A stretch of 63,393 nucleotides of DNA, filler included, from Craspedostauros australis (GCA_030167865.1; 21 parts of 21 records of this genome joined end to end with filler, not necessarily neighbours in it); one strand, 5' to 3'. Positions 23,860-35,660 are shown, counted from the first letter of the whole stretch. Numbers and translations: made by a program. The notes: generated by a model from the letters alone, not told the origin.

Positions 23860-25636
23860 AGTAAGAAAATGAGCACTGATTATGAGTAGCGGCGCGGTTA
23901 TGAGAACTTGTCGGTTGTGGACATTGGATGAACACATGATGTGTGGCAACCAACGATGACTGTTCTGCCACAGGAAGACGAAGAACGAGAGTTGTGGTTT
24001 GATCTCTCTCTCTGTGCGACGTATCACGACGTGATCATTTCAACTCCAAACAACAATGGAACACTTCCAACTTTGCCACCACTTCGACGATATCCGACTT
24101 TCCAACAACGGCGGTTGTGCTGATCAGATCGGTTCCTCTGCAAAACAAATCCTTTGGGTGCTGCATGCAGTTTGTCATTTTCCGAACGATAAAAATGTAT
24201 GCGGTTCCGATGTCGAATTTCAACGGACTTTGGGGTAGTGGTGTACAGTCCGACAGTACGAAGACAAGTGTGATAGAGCACGAATTTGTCCTCGTTCTTG
24301 GGTGGAACATAAGTATGTGTATCCTTGATTCAAGGTGCATATAACCGAGAGCGTGCCAAATACCGGCGTTGTATTCCATTCTGTCCACAAGGAGCTCTAT
24401 GCGACTTATGTTGCTTATGGAAACGTCAAGACGAAGGGCGCAAGGCGAAAACGGAGCAATTCGACAGTATCAACGTCGACTATTCTCACTCATGTGGGAC
24501 ACCTCGCAACGAGAAGCGCTCAACCGGGTAGTTGCGTGTAGTAATAGAAGTGGGACTGCGAAGAATACGACCAGAGCGTGCCGTCAGCGTGGTTCAACCG
24601 CAACGACGATGAGAAGCGGCAATGGAAGGAAAAAGAAAAGCCAAGTTGCACAAAAGGGCTCAGGTAGTAACGAATGTCGCTGAGGCGTCGACTTTTGGGC
24701 GGCGAAAAACAACAACAACGCGCACAACGCTCAAGACTGACATCGCAGAGTACAGGAAGTGGTTGTGTTGCACGCAGCGGCGTGTTTTTGTTTTTTGCGT
24801 GACCAGGACAGAGCTAGCGATACCAGCCAACGCGTGCAACGCTGGCAGAGTGCTGTGCTACCAGCGCAGCGCAATGCGACACTGCGCAGGCAGTGGTCAC
24901 ACAAGGAAATCAAACATCGCGACAAGCACAGAGCCAAAACACGAGACATGGGCATCAAACGACACAAGCAAGTAGTTAGAGCAGAATAGAGTCGAGTCAT
25001 CCAGTGTTGAGGAGACCGCAGCAAACCTCCAAAGAGTCCAAGGCGAGACGAGCCAAGGCGACGATCGAAGTGGAGACGAACCAGAAGGATTGGTGGAGAC
25101 ACGCAGCTTCAAACACGTTTGCCGTGGACAATTCAGGTTCGTAGGAAGTGCATCAATTCTCTACTACCTGCCACGGAGTCGCGCGTTGCTGTTCACGTGG
25201 GCGCAACAGTATCGCTTCTCAGCGTGCGCACAACGAGAATCGCAAGTGGTAGTTTGGCCTCCATTGCCGCCACCATTATCATCACCATTATCATCACCGC
25301 TCTGTCCAGTTTGCAACCCCAGAAGAGACGAACATAGCAACAACATCGAGAGAGACAGAGACGACGTGTGGGGACTTCGCAATTGTTCAGTTCGGCAGCA
25401 CAAATTAGATCAAGCAGCATCGTGCAACAGAGGAGGCAGCAAGAAGAAGAGAAAGACGAATAGGACGCAACCCATCTTGAGACCGGTTACTGTGTCCGAA
25501 GCGGCCTGTCCAGAGGCATCCATAGAACGAGTCCATAAAAGCAACTCGCGAGAGAAACAACTGCGGAGCAGACTCTCTCAGCAACCAGCCATCAACCGGC
25601 AACGATCACAGGCTTCAAGTTCGTGGCCTTGCGATC

Positions 25637-26839
25637 ATGGACCATCACTACCAGCATCAGCAGTACGAGTATCAGCAGTGGCAGTACTATCAGCAGCAGC
25701 ACGTTCCGCAGCACGCGGGTGGCTTCATGCAGGTGGAGACGCCATCCTCCCACATGCTTTCGCACGCGCCTTCACATTTGCACATGCAGACGATGTCTCC
25801 GCATGCATCTGGCCTGCGACTGGAGGTATCGGGCCGCACCTGGGATGTCTCCAACCTCCTCTCGTCGTCGTCGTCACATAGGCAGCAGCTGCCCTCGCTG
25901 GGTCGGCAGACGTCGCAAGGCAACCAATACACAGCCAGGAGAAGGAGGAAAGATGCCAGCAGACTGTATCCGGAGTTGAGCATGGTTCTGGAGACCGCCG
26001 TGGACTGCGATCACGACGCTGTTTGGACGTCGGCGCGCATCACCGGAGGCAATCGCACACAGCAACAGTCGCAGTGGCAGAGTCCATCCAATCACTTTCC
26101 TCAGCAGCAGTACCAGAATGATGCCTACCAATCCTTCGAACAACCGCAGATGCCGCAGGAGTCAACCAGACAGCATCAGCGACAATCTATGGCGGAACAG
26201 ATGGAGATGCTCAAGCTGGCGCAGACGGAGGGCAAGAGGCAGTACGAGCAACAGCAGCAGAACCGCAACAACAACAACAGCGGCGCCAAACCAGCACACG
26301 GCAAACTGTCGAAGGACATGCCCGTGCCGGACGAGATCAACGTCGTCTTGAAGGACGAGCTATCCGCGTGCTCCACCATCTCCGAACTCTTCTTCGAACG
26401 CACCACGTACGGCAAACCCAAACCAGACTCGGAGCTGCCCACCGCGACGCCCGTCCGCTCCACCAATCGTCGCAACGACAACCTCATCGGCCAAACGATC
26501 ACGATGGACCGCTCCGTCAATCCGGCCAACGAACCACACGAGTTCAACAATACGTCGCGCGTCGTCGACGTCGGACACGGCGGCACCATGACGATGCGAT
26601 GCGAAAGCGAGACCCGCGCGGCCGTCTCGTTGGACGAACATCGCGTCTACAAATGTTGGGGATGCGATCTGCAATTGGCCTCGTTGCGCGATGTCGGCGC
26701 GGTCTACTGCACGGCGTGTCAGACCATCTCGCCGGCCAACGAGCATTGCGCGGATGCGACGATCGGGGTCGGGTTGGATGTTCGTAAGGTTCTGGATGCG
26801 ACGCAGCAGCAAGTGTTGCGCGCGGCGCACGCGGTGTAG
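25637..26839 (+). CDS. Hypothetical Q-rich protein with the same C-terminal zinc-ribbon-like domain as 20591..22033
   Basis: 400-aa ORF ending VDVGHG..MTMRCESET...CWGC...CTAC..ISP...IGVGL. Confidence 0.8.
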   Translation: MDHHYQHQQYEYQQWQYYQQQHVPQHAGGFMQVETPSSHMLSHAPSHLHMQTMSPHASGLRLEVSGRTWDVSNLLSSSSSHRQQLPSLGRQTSQGNQYTARRRRKDASRLYPELSMVLETAVDCDHDAVWTSARITGGNRTQQQSQWQSPSNHFPQQQYQNDAYQSFEQPQMPQESTRQHQRQSMAEQMEMLKLAQTEGKRQYEQQQQNRNNNNSGAKPAHGKLSKDMPVPDEINVVLKDELSACSTISELFFERTTYGKPKPDSELPTATPVRSTNRRNDNLIGQTITMDRSVNPANEPHEFNNTSRVVDVGHGGTMTMRCESETRAAVSLDEHRVYKCWGCDLQLASLRDVGAVYCTACQTISPANEHCADATIGVGLDVRKVLDATQQQVLRAAHAV

Positions 26840-27165
26840 TTCTGTCGATATGTATATGGCGGTGCAGCGATCTTGAGTATAGTATCGTACTATGCGCTAG
26901 TCTCTCTCTCTCTACAAAGTTGAGGAGCTGTGTGACGTGAACACGGCGTGACTCTCTCTGTAGCTATGAAGATGGACATCACTCCATTCCATTAATAACT
27001 ATACAACATATCTCATATAATACGATACGATACAATAACTACGACTGCGTGCTACTGCCAACCAATCCTCGTGCGCAAGTCTTGCCACAGTTGGCGCCAA
27101 CAGCATCGTTTTCTTGGTTTCGAAACACGCGTCAAATTTACACACAAAAACCATCCACAAACAAC

Positions 27166-28773
27166 ATGAGCAAGATGAGATCCACGATCTTCCGCACCGT
27201 CGTGGGACGCCAGCATCGCATACTGATATGGCAAAGCCGCGCAACGGCCGCACGCCGCTTCAGCACCAACGACGATACCTTCAAAGTCATCAAAGTCCAA
27301 TACGATGGACATATCGACAAAGTCAATCTCCGACCTGCAGAGATCTGGCGCAAGACCTCCATCATGCCACGTGATCTCATATCCCTCGATCTGCGCGATC
27401 GTCATCAACGACGTCTCTCGGCACGACATCCTCCCACGGCCATCTTGCCGCGCACCGATTCCATCCTGCTCAGCTTCGGGAATATCCGCGCCGTCGCCTC
27501 CACCAATTGCGTCATCGTCCTTGATGCCCATCTTCCGATCGCCAAAGATTTCGCCAATGATCTTGCGGCGGCTTATGGGTTGGTGGGGGTGGGCGGTGGG
27601 GGTGTTGATGGTGTGGATGATGGTATGGATGATAGTGTGATTGATATGGATGATGGTGATAGTGGCAGTGATAGTGTGATTGATAGTGCTGGTATGGATG
27701 ATAATGTTGACATAGATGACGCTTCCACCGACCAATCGACCATGCCGTCACAGCCATCATCGCCATCATCACCATCCCTCTCACTCACTCCAAACGACAT
27801 CCACAGCGACAACTATAGCGACAACTATAGCGACAACTATAGCGACGCGCCAGAACTCATCTTCCTGGAGGCAGTCTTGAAGGCCACATGCGACACATTC
27901 CGACGACGCATCCGACTCTACGAGCCCGTCGTCGACGACTTCCTTGGCAAGATCCACGAGGAAGTCTTCTCCGACACGGGCGTCCACCAGCTCGTCCCCC
28001 TCAAGGACAGCCTGCAATCCTTCGAACTCCAGGTGCAGCAATCCTTGGACTGCCTCACCACCATCCTCAACGACGACGAGGAGATGGTCCACCTCCTCCT
28101 CACGGAACAATCCCAAGCACGCGCAACGGGCATCCCCGTCGACGTCTCCAAACGACATCCCCAGGTCGAGCTCCTCATGGGCGGCTACGCGCGACAGCTC
28201 AGCAACAATCTCGAGGAGATCCGCTACTTATTGAAACGCATCCAATCGAAACAGGAATTCGTCACGCTGGCCTTGGCCGGCTACCGCAACCGCATGGTCC
28301 AGGTCAACGTCATGGTCGGCATCGCCGGCGTCTCCATCGGCTGGGCCACGGCCATCGCGGGATTCTTCGGCATGAACCTCGTGCACGGCTTCGAAGACAC
28401 CTTGCCGGCCTTCGGAATCGTCGTCGCGGCGTCCTGCAGCACGTCGGCCATCGTCGCCGGCACGGCCCTCAACTACCTCAGCGGCAAGGCCCTGCAACAG
28501 CGTGCGGCGCAACGCATCGTCGAGATTGAGACGCTCACCAACGCGTTGTCGGATATGTGCGCGTTGGATTACGCCATCAAGCGCATGTTGGAAGGCGGCG
28601 TGCGGTTGGATCGCGCCGCATTTAAGAAGCATCTATTGACGGCGCGGCATGGCAAGGACGAGCTCATGAATGAACGCGAGATCGATTTCTTCTTTGATAT
28701 TCTCGATACGGGCCGCGATGGGACGTTGTCCAGCGATGATTTTGCGATGACCAAGCATGGCGGCAGTGCGTAG
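27166..28773 (+). CDS. MRS2: MRS2/CorA-family Mg2+ transporter, probably mitochondrial, with C-terminal EF-hand-like motif
   Basis: Motifs PRDL, ILPR..SILLSFGNIRAV, ELIFLEAVL, RNRM and GFFGMNL (GMN) between two TM helices. C-terminal DTGRDGTLSSDDF. Arg-rich transit-like N-terminus. Confidence 0.92.
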   Translation: MSKMRSTIFRTVVGRQHRILIWQSRATAARRFSTNDDTFKVIKVQYDGHIDKVNLRPAEIWRKTSIMPRDLISLDLRDRHQRRLSARHPPTAILPRTDSILLSFGNIRAVASTNCVIVLDAHLPIAKDFANDLAAAYGLVGVGGGGVDGVDDGMDDSVIDMDDGDSGSDSVIDSAGMDDNVDIDDASTDQSTMPSQPSSPSSPSLSLTPNDIHSDNYSDNYSDNYSDAPELIFLEAVLKATCDTFRRRIRLYEPVVDDFLGKIHEEVFSDTGVHQLVPLKDSLQSFELQVQQSLDCLTTILNDDEEMVHLLLTEQSQARATGIPVDVSKRHPQVELLMGGYARQLSNNLEEIRYLLKRIQSKQEFVTLALAGYRNRMVQVNVMVGIAGVSIGWATAIAGFFGMNLVHGFEDTLPAFGIVVAASCSTSAIVAGTALNYLSGKALQQRAAQRIVEIETLTNALSDMCALDYAIKRMLEGGVRLDRAAFKKHLLTARHGKDELMNEREIDFFFDILDTGRDGTLSSDDFAMTKHGGSA

Positions 28774-28934
28774 ACCGGTGGAATGGAGTATTCTACGGAG
28801 TATCGTTGACTCACACAATACAATCTAATACGATCACATTATGCTCAACTGCAATTCGTGGACACGGAGTAACAGAATTAAGCACACTCTCACTCTCCAT
28901 TCTCATTTGATGTTCCTAATTTCTATTATACATG

Positions 28935-30386
28935 CTACACCACCCCACCATCATAGTTGTACACCGCTTCCACACGCCGCAACAATTCTTGATCCCATCT
29001 CGACTTCTGCAAGAGCCCTTCCACGATTGCATCAGACAGATCCTTCACTTTCAGAGTCGTTACCGCCGACGGCTTGCCCACCGGGGTGAATCCCGCTCGC
29101 TGCGCGCTGCCGTAAACGAGCCGATGCAACAAGGGCAGCGTCTCGCGCGACAGACGTTGCGTGCGGCCGATCCAATCCATCGTGCGTTGCAACGTGCGCC
29201 AGACGCGGTCGCATTCATGTTGCGTCAAATTGCTGCGCTGGTCGGCCATCTCGATCCATGGATATTCCTTCTTGGTGGCATGGAGTTGTGATGATACCGC
29301 GTCGCGGTTCCAGCGCCCATGATGCGTGCCGCCTTGCACGTCGCAATGTTGCGGCGCGTCGAGTTCGGGACAGGCGGGGCGATCACCGAATGTACGTTCG
29401 CCGCGCGCCAGGAAGAGGCATTGGGGATTGTCGTAGGAGACTTGCAGCAAGCGTTGCGCGTCGGAGAGGTTGGCGTGGGATGGTCGGAATCGGCAATCAC
29501 GGTTGGGTGCGAAGTAGTAGTTGAAGAAGGAAACTTGGGCGGCGATGGGGTCGCGCAGGACGGTGAAGGCAAAGAACGGCACGCCGTTGTGCGCCGCCTG
29601 CCGCCTCCATCGCAGAAGGTAGGGCTCCAACTCCAGGGCGTTGTAATTGTCCATGCCATGAACCTCGACGAAGAGGATGCGGCGTCGTGCCTTCTTCGTT
29701 GTCGCGTTGCTGGTCTCGTTGTGCAGCAGATAGCTGTCAATGATGGGCACAGCACACTCAAAGTGGATCCTCCAGGTCCCCACGAGATATTGCACCCTCG
29801 TGGACATGATCGGACTTGCGAAGAAGTCGCGGATCGTGGTTCCGCCCGTTTTGGGCACATGCAAGAAGAATATCAGGCCTCCGGTCTTTGCCATGTTGGG
29901 CAGCGTGCCATTCCAGAGCGGTCGTGCAGAGGATTGGGCGGTTGCTGATGATTCTTTCACGTTGCTTCGGCCACTCGGAGGCTGCTGCAAGGTCGTGGAA
30001 CGGGATCCAGGGAAGTCCACCCCATCTGGTCGATCATGATGATGAAGGTGTGTACTCGCACTCGCACTCGCAGGCGCAGGAGTATGCCACCCAATGACAG
30101 CATGCGACGACCAAACGATGAAGCACACGGTGATTGCGCAAAGGGAGAGCAAGGCGTAGATCAACCACCTGATTGGAAACGCCGTCGTTCTGTTTCTCTT
30201 GGATGCTCTGACATCGCGCTTCATCGATCGGATCGCCAGCAGTTGCGCCAAGTTGGCATCTTGTGCTTCTTCTTGCTTGCGTTGATGGCGATCTCTCTCG
30301 TGTGATGTTGTGATGCTGGGTTTGTGTTTGTGTTCGATCCGTCTCTTGGACGCAGATTGGTCATTTCTTGTGTTGAATTGGCTCAA
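28935..30386 (-). CDS. Type II membrane sulfotransferase-like protein (start codon uncertain)
   Basis: TM segment WLIYALLSLCAITVCFIVW. PAPS-binding motifs FFLHVPKTGGTTIR and FTVLRDP..AQVSFFNY. Confidence 0.85.
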   Translation of the reverse strand: MSQFNTRNDQSASKRRIEHKHKPSITTSHERDRHQRKQEEAQDANLAQLLAIRSMKRDVRASKRNRTTAFPIRWLIYALLSLCAITVCFIVWSSHAVIGWHTPAPASASASTHLHHHDRPDGVDFPGSRSTTLQQPPSGRSNVKESSATAQSSARPLWNGTLPNMAKTGGLIFFLHVPKTGGTTIRDFFASPIMSTRVQYLVGTWRIHFECAVPIIDSYLLHNETSNATTKKARRRILFVEVHGMDNYNALELEPYLLRWRRQAAHNGVPFFAFTVLRDPIAAQVSFFNYYFAPNRDCRFRPSHANLSDAQRLLQVSYDNPQCLFLARGERTFGDRPACPELDAPQHCDVQGGTHHGRWNRDAVSSQLHATKKEYPWIEMADQRSNLTQHECDRVWRTLQRTMDWIGRTQRLSRETLPLLHRLVYGSAQRAGFTPVGKPSAVTTLKVKDLSDAIVEGLLQKSRWDQELLRRVEAVYNYDGGVV

Positions 30387-30559
30387 CCCGCCAAAGTTGG
30401 AGTAACAGGTAATTAGCGGTTAATGATTAAACAGTCATGCAACACAACTTGCCCTACGAACACATCATCGAAGCAAGAAAACAAACAACATTGGGACGAG
30501 GGATGGTTACTTGTATGGGGGCACGCCGTCTTGGGTGCCATCGTTTGCGTGGTGATGTT

Positions 30560-31734
30560 GGATTCCTTCATCGATCAGTGTCTGAATGGAGGGGACAATG
30601 ATCATGAGGACTTCGGAGTTTGCCTTGATTCGTTGCTGTTAGTCGCCCTGTCCACACAAGAACATGGTGTCCGTCCTGTTCTCAGTTTGGAAGGATGTGG
30701 GCCGGTCTTCTCCAATGCTGATGTTGGTCCTCTTGTGGCTACAGCGTTTGTGTTCATTTTCTTGCTTCTTCCGCTTCAACTGCTGTCTCAACTGTTGTTG
30801 CAGTTGTTCATTCTCTTGTTCCTTCAGCTTCAACTTGTTGATACAACTGTTCTTGTGGTTGTTCATTGTCTTGCTCGTTTTGTTGCAAGCGTTGTTACAG
30901 TTGTGGGCTGCGGTGACTGGGACGTCTCATGCCCAATCTCTGGATTTTGGCGTCATGCTTTCCGTTGATCAAATCGACGGGTGTTTCGTCGTTGTTGTTT
31001 TGGATGTCGGTATCGGCATTGGCTGATTCGATGAGGTACTTCACACACTCCAGGTGGCTATTGCGGCATGCCCAATGGAGGGGGGTGTCACCATCGTTGT
31101 TTTTGCAGTTGATGTCAACCCCACATGATTCGATGAGGTACTTCGCACCCCCCAGGTCGCCACAGCTGCATGCCACATGAAGGGGGGTGTCACCACGGCT
31201 GTTTTTGCAGTTGATGTCAGCCCCACATGATTCGATGAGGTAATTCACACACTCCAGGTGGCCACTGGAGTATGCCCAATGAAGGGGAGTGAGACCATTG
31301 TTGTTTTTGCAGTTGATGTCAGCCCCACATGATTCGATGAGGTACTTCACACACTCCAGGTGGCCGTCGTGGCATGCCTCATGAAGGGGAGTGGAACCAT
31401 GGTTGTTCTGGCAGCTGATGTTCGCCTCACATGATTCGATGAGGTACTTCACACACTCCAGGTGGCCCTTGGAGCATGCCGTATGAAGGGGAGTGGAACC
31501 ATCGCAGTCTTTACACGTGATGTTCGCCCCACATGATTCGATGAGGTATTTGGCACACTCCAGGTTGCCGTACATGCATACCCGATGAAGGGGAGTTGCA
31601 CCATACCAGCCGGAAACCTTGTTGACATCGACTCCTTCCTTCTGTGTCTTGTTCTGCTTCTTCCATTCCTTCAACACCGACAAGTCACCTTTCCTGGCAG
31701 CATCAAGGAGTTGTTTGTCTGTCACAGTCGGCAT
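30560..31734 (-). pseudogene. Ankyrin-repeat + coiled-coil (+ BTB-like remnant) gene with a disrupted 3' part
   Basis: About six near-identical 34-aa ankyrin repeats (G.TPLH.AC..GHLECVKYLIESCGADI.CK). TAA at 30895 falls inside a Q-rich coiled coil, followed by a frameshift and a second TAA at 30639 in TDTMFLCGQGD*QQRIKANSEVL. Confidence 0.75.
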
Positions 31735-32335
31735 TTTGAGAGGATGGTCGATGGTTGCTGGACGATTGACGATGGATTGGCTGTCGGGGAAGTGTGTGGT
31801 CTGAGCTATCTATGGCAGAGGTATCGATGGTGGTGGCTGCACTGGCTGGCATTATGGTATTATGAGTACCATGGGACTGTGTGATGAGTATGAGTGACAA
31901 TTCGATGTCTGTTGTTGATTTGCTCAAGTGGGGGTTGATTGGTGTGTGTTGTTGTTGTGTTCGCGTGGTCGTCTTTTCTCTGTTTCTCACCAGTATCGTC
32001 GTGTTTGCCTCTGTTCGCCTGTGGTTTCCAGAAATCCCGAGTGGTATTTGGGAACCGAGATTTTGGATCATCCGGGTCTCAACGCCTGGCAGTCAACCGG
32101 CAGGGTCATCTGGTCGTGTGCAATGACTCCTACGCGACGCCAGTCTAGAGTGGCTTTGTACGTGTGCATGTGTCGGCAACAGAATCCTATCAGAGCAGAA
32201 GAACACAACGTCGAGGACCACAGCTTGGAGCAGCAACAACAACAGCCACTAGCGCTAGATATGATCGCCTTCTGTGTGTCTTTAGGTCTCTCCTTTGCAG
32301 CACCTACCAGCTCGCACGCATCAGAATTCAATCTA

Positions 32336-32510
32336 TGAGCCCCTCGAGTGAGTCGACCAACACTTTGAAATGGACATTCTAACTTTAATCTGAGATATCC
32401 AAACCAAGCACATATTCGAAATCCTTATATTCTCCTTATAACTAAGGAACCGATGGATTTTGAGTTAGGCCCTAGTTTAAGTTTTATGGAGTGATGTGTG
32501 TATGCATAGC
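32336..32510. mobile_element. Diverged family B element end, preceded by TA
   Basis: TA|tgagcccctcgagtgagtcgacc..tttgaaatggac...cacatattcgaaatcctt...gttaggccctagtttaagttttatgga aligns to the reverse complement of 7440-7607. Confidence 0.7.
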
Positions 32511-33562
32511 AGTCACGTGGGTCCAACAGGACAAAACCTGTTGTTGTTGGCCGAAGGTTGCAGGATGTTCTCATGTATTTATCATGAGGTGATCAGTCAC
32601 GGACTTGCTTCAGGAGGTGTCGTTCGTTTGGTACGCGTTAATTACACGATAGCATGCGCCACAGGTTATGACATTCTGTGCGTCCCAACAATACACAAAT
32701 CGTCGGAAGATGTCACACCCCACATCACACATCCAACATCATCGACACCCATATTTGGAATGTGTGCTCTGTTGGTGACATGATTCGGTGGGAAAGGCCT
32801 TGCAAACTGCCGGTTTCAGGAGAACCGTGCAATGCAGTTCAAGAGGAGTGAACTTGTCGAAGAGGAGTTACTGTAACGATGAGTAGAGTAGTGATTTGTG
32901 CTAAACTCAGTTTGTATGTTATGAATTAGTTAGTAGTCTTGGTAGGATGAAGAAATGATGCCACACAGTTAATGCGGCTCTGCACTGATCCACATGGTTC
33001 AGTGTTGAGGGCAGACATTGCTCCTTGCTCTTGTTCATCTCTCTTGGTGTTGTTGCATTGTAGCATAGAACATAGCAGCTCATCACTTTATTGGAGTTGA
33101 GAATACAACAGCGGCTGTGGTTGGAAGTCACCATCGAATTACCTTACTTGATTTGAAGTGGGTCGGATATCCACGCTATGACCATGACAACAATGTGGTT
33201 GTCATAGCCAATGAGGGAATCGAGACGAGTTGCAGTCAGTTGGATCTGAGGAGCATAGTACTTGTGGAACAGAAGATACTTGTTCAGACAGCTTGCAATC
33301 AAGCCTCTGCCATACAGCTCACACAGCCAACAAAGACCACAGCCATTCCGTTTAGGCTCTAATGACAACAACAACAACAACAATGAGACATTTGGCAACA
33401 CAGCAGTATTCTTGACTCGATTAGTGACTCAGATTGTGTAGAAGAGACAAGCGAAGCTAGAGCGTACGTCATTGAGTGCCTGGCTTTGACAACAAAAAAG
33501 AGGAAAATGCTGGCGGCGTACAAGCAAGAGCATGGTAGTATGTGTGACTATGTATGCGGTAA

Positions 33563-34975
33563 CTAGAGTTCTTGACAGGCAGATGGGGATGGTCCAGGGC
33601 AATCCGCGGTTGCGTCGTCGATTACGTACGTTTTTGTTGCTGGCGTACACAGTGATCCTTGGGCGCAATCTTGGCAGGGGGTGGCTGTTGTGCACACTCC
33701 TCCTTTGACGATGATGTCATTGGTTGCACTGTCACTGTTGCCAAGCCCATTGCACGTGTCCGCACCCGAGCAGGCATCGGCTTCAATGATCGCGTCTCCT
33801 GCAATTTTGGTCGATGAGAAACGATGCAAATCTTTACAAGCGCCCTCCCCTTTGCAAGCATTCTTTCCGATGAAGACATTTGCCACGACCGGTGTGGTTG
33901 TAGACCCTTGGTTGGTTCGTCGTGCAAAGTCAAAGCATGCAGTGGTTCCATCGCATGCTCCTTCTTCCACTCGTACAGTACCAAAGATGTTAACTCCAAC
34001 ACCACTGCAGGCGCTCGGTGCAACACAAGCTCCTGGCCCGATCACGTTGAATCCGACTTCGACACCAGCAGCTGGCTGAGCTCCGAAGAAATTTCCCAAC
34101 CGAAAGCAGGAATTTCCGCCCTTGCAACTGTCAAGTATGATTGCGTTGGGAGATGTGAATCTGCAAGCGCCACCCCCGGTACACGATCCTGAGCTCACCG
34201 TCATGACACTGCCACTAGAAGGGTCAATGCCACAAGACAAAACATCGTCGCAGCAGTCGCTGCACGCACTCGTCACCACAGTCGCGCTGCCAGTGAAGAG
34301 CTTCTTGTTCTCATTCACGATCGCCAACAATGCGCCGGTCACGCTTTTGTCGTTCTTGATCTTGTCAAAGCGTTCCTGCGCCACCTGGAACGTCACGAGC
34401 CCTGGAGGGTCTTCATCGTTGCATCCAAAGATGCTCTTGATCATCTTCCCGTTCTCACCAAGGGCGTCGACCGCAGAGACAAATTCAGCGCATGTGCCTG
34501 TTGCTCCATCGCACAAGACGTCATCAGTGATGGGATTGAACGTTTGTGTGACGTCACCCGGTGTTGAGAGACATCCAACAGTGATGGATGCAGGGGGGAG
34601 GGTTGGGCTGCTTGTTCTTGTAGGCTCTTGCGAAGGCTGTGAGCTTGGGAGTGCTGACGGTATGCCAGATGGATGGGTGGACGGAAGGTCGGAGGGCGTC
34701 TGAGACAGCAAGTTGGATGGGGCGCTGGTTGGACTGGACGTGAGAGGTGTGGGGAAAGGAGTGGGAGAAAAAGTCGGAGAGTCTGTGGGCAAGGTGTCCT
34801 TGCCAGTACAGTACTCCTCCACTTTGTCACCAGTGGGATTGCCCCCGGAGCTGATGCCTCCCTTTGGGCAGGCTCCATCGATATCGCTGATGAAGTAGAA
34901 TTCATCAGGGCTGCACTCATCCTTCGTCATGCATCCTCTGCAGCCTTTGACGGTGTCACATCCACCAGGAGGGAC
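33563..34975 (-). CDS. Cys-rich extracellular protein with a PT/PS mucin-like linker, 5' end missing
   Basis: PTDSPTFSPT..PSDLPSTHPS linker and about seven C-x5-C repeats (SCTGGGAC, SCKGGNSC, ACVAPSAC, ACDGTTAC, ACKGEGAC, ACSGADTC, VCTTATPC). Confidence 0.8.
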   Translation of the reverse strand, partial: VPPGGCDTVKGCRGCMTKDECSPDEFYFISDIDGACPKGGISSGGNPTGDKVEEYCTGKDTLPTDSPTFSPTPFPTPLTSSPTSAPSNLLSQTPSDLPSTHPSGIPSALPSSQPSQEPTRTSSPTLPPASITVGCLSTPGDVTQTFNPITDDVLCDGATGTCAEFVSAVDALGENGKMIKSIFGCNDEDPPGLVTFQVAQERFDKIKNDKSVTGALLAIVNENKKLFTGSATVVTSACSDCCDDVLSCGIDPSSGSVMTVSSGSCTGGGACRFTSPNAIILDSCKGGNSCFRLGNFFGAQPAAGVEVGFNVIGPGACVAPSACSGVGVNIFGTVRVEEGACDGTTACFDFARRTNQGSTTTPVVANVFIGKNACKGEGACKDLHRFSSTKIAGDAIIEADACSGADTCNGLGNSDSATNDIIVKGGVCTTATPCQDCAQGSLCTPATKTYVIDDATADCPGPSPSACQEL

Positions 34976-35075
34976 NNNNNNNNNNNNNNNNNNNNNNNNN
35001 NNNNNNNNNNNNNNNNNNNTTAATTAATTAANNNNNNNNNNNNNNNNNNNNNNNNNNNNNNNNNNNNNNNNNNNN

Positions 35076-35159
35076 CAGAGGGTGGCATCAGAGGGTGGCA
35101 TCAGAGGGTGGCATCAGAGGGTGGCATCAGAGGGTGGCATCAGAGGGTGGCATCAGAGG
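35076..35159. repeat. 13-bp tandem repeat (CAGAGGGTGGCAT) x6
   Basis: Read directly at the contig start. Confidence 0.95.
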
Positions 35160-35660
35160 AATCCAGACTATGTGATAGTCATGTTATGCTGACATGTCTA
35201 GTGACGCCAAGTGCATCAGTGCACATGTGGCAGCAACATTTAGAAAGTAGAGCAGTGATGTCAGTGATGATGTATGCAGAATCCTGACATTCACAAGCAA
35301 GATAAATGGACAAGAATGAATATGGAACAAGGTCCATGACCAGACAGATTAAGAGATGTGGAAACACCCAGGAAGGGCAACTTTAGAGAAAATGCACAAT
35401 GGACTATATTGGCATCGAGCAATGAAGTAGGCAGACCCGATGATGAACCACAACGGAATTGGGCAGAACAGTAGGAAGAGTGCAGAATGCACCAACTGAG
35501 GATGGATGAGATATTGTTCTCACAATTCTCAACAATCATCAATTGACATACAAGCTAAGTTGGCAACCAACAACCAAACACAAACCAACTTCTCTTGATG
35601 GATTGATCACCCTGAGGGTGTAGTATGTGCCAGTGTTTGGTTTTCTGACCTGTGTGTATT
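35160..35660 (+). mobile_element. Diverged LTR-like segment homologous to about 36890-37375
   Basis: Shared blocks gtcatg.tatgctgac.tgtctag, caacatttag, caatcatcaattgac, ggattgatcaccctg and cagtgtttggt. Confidence 0.7.
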
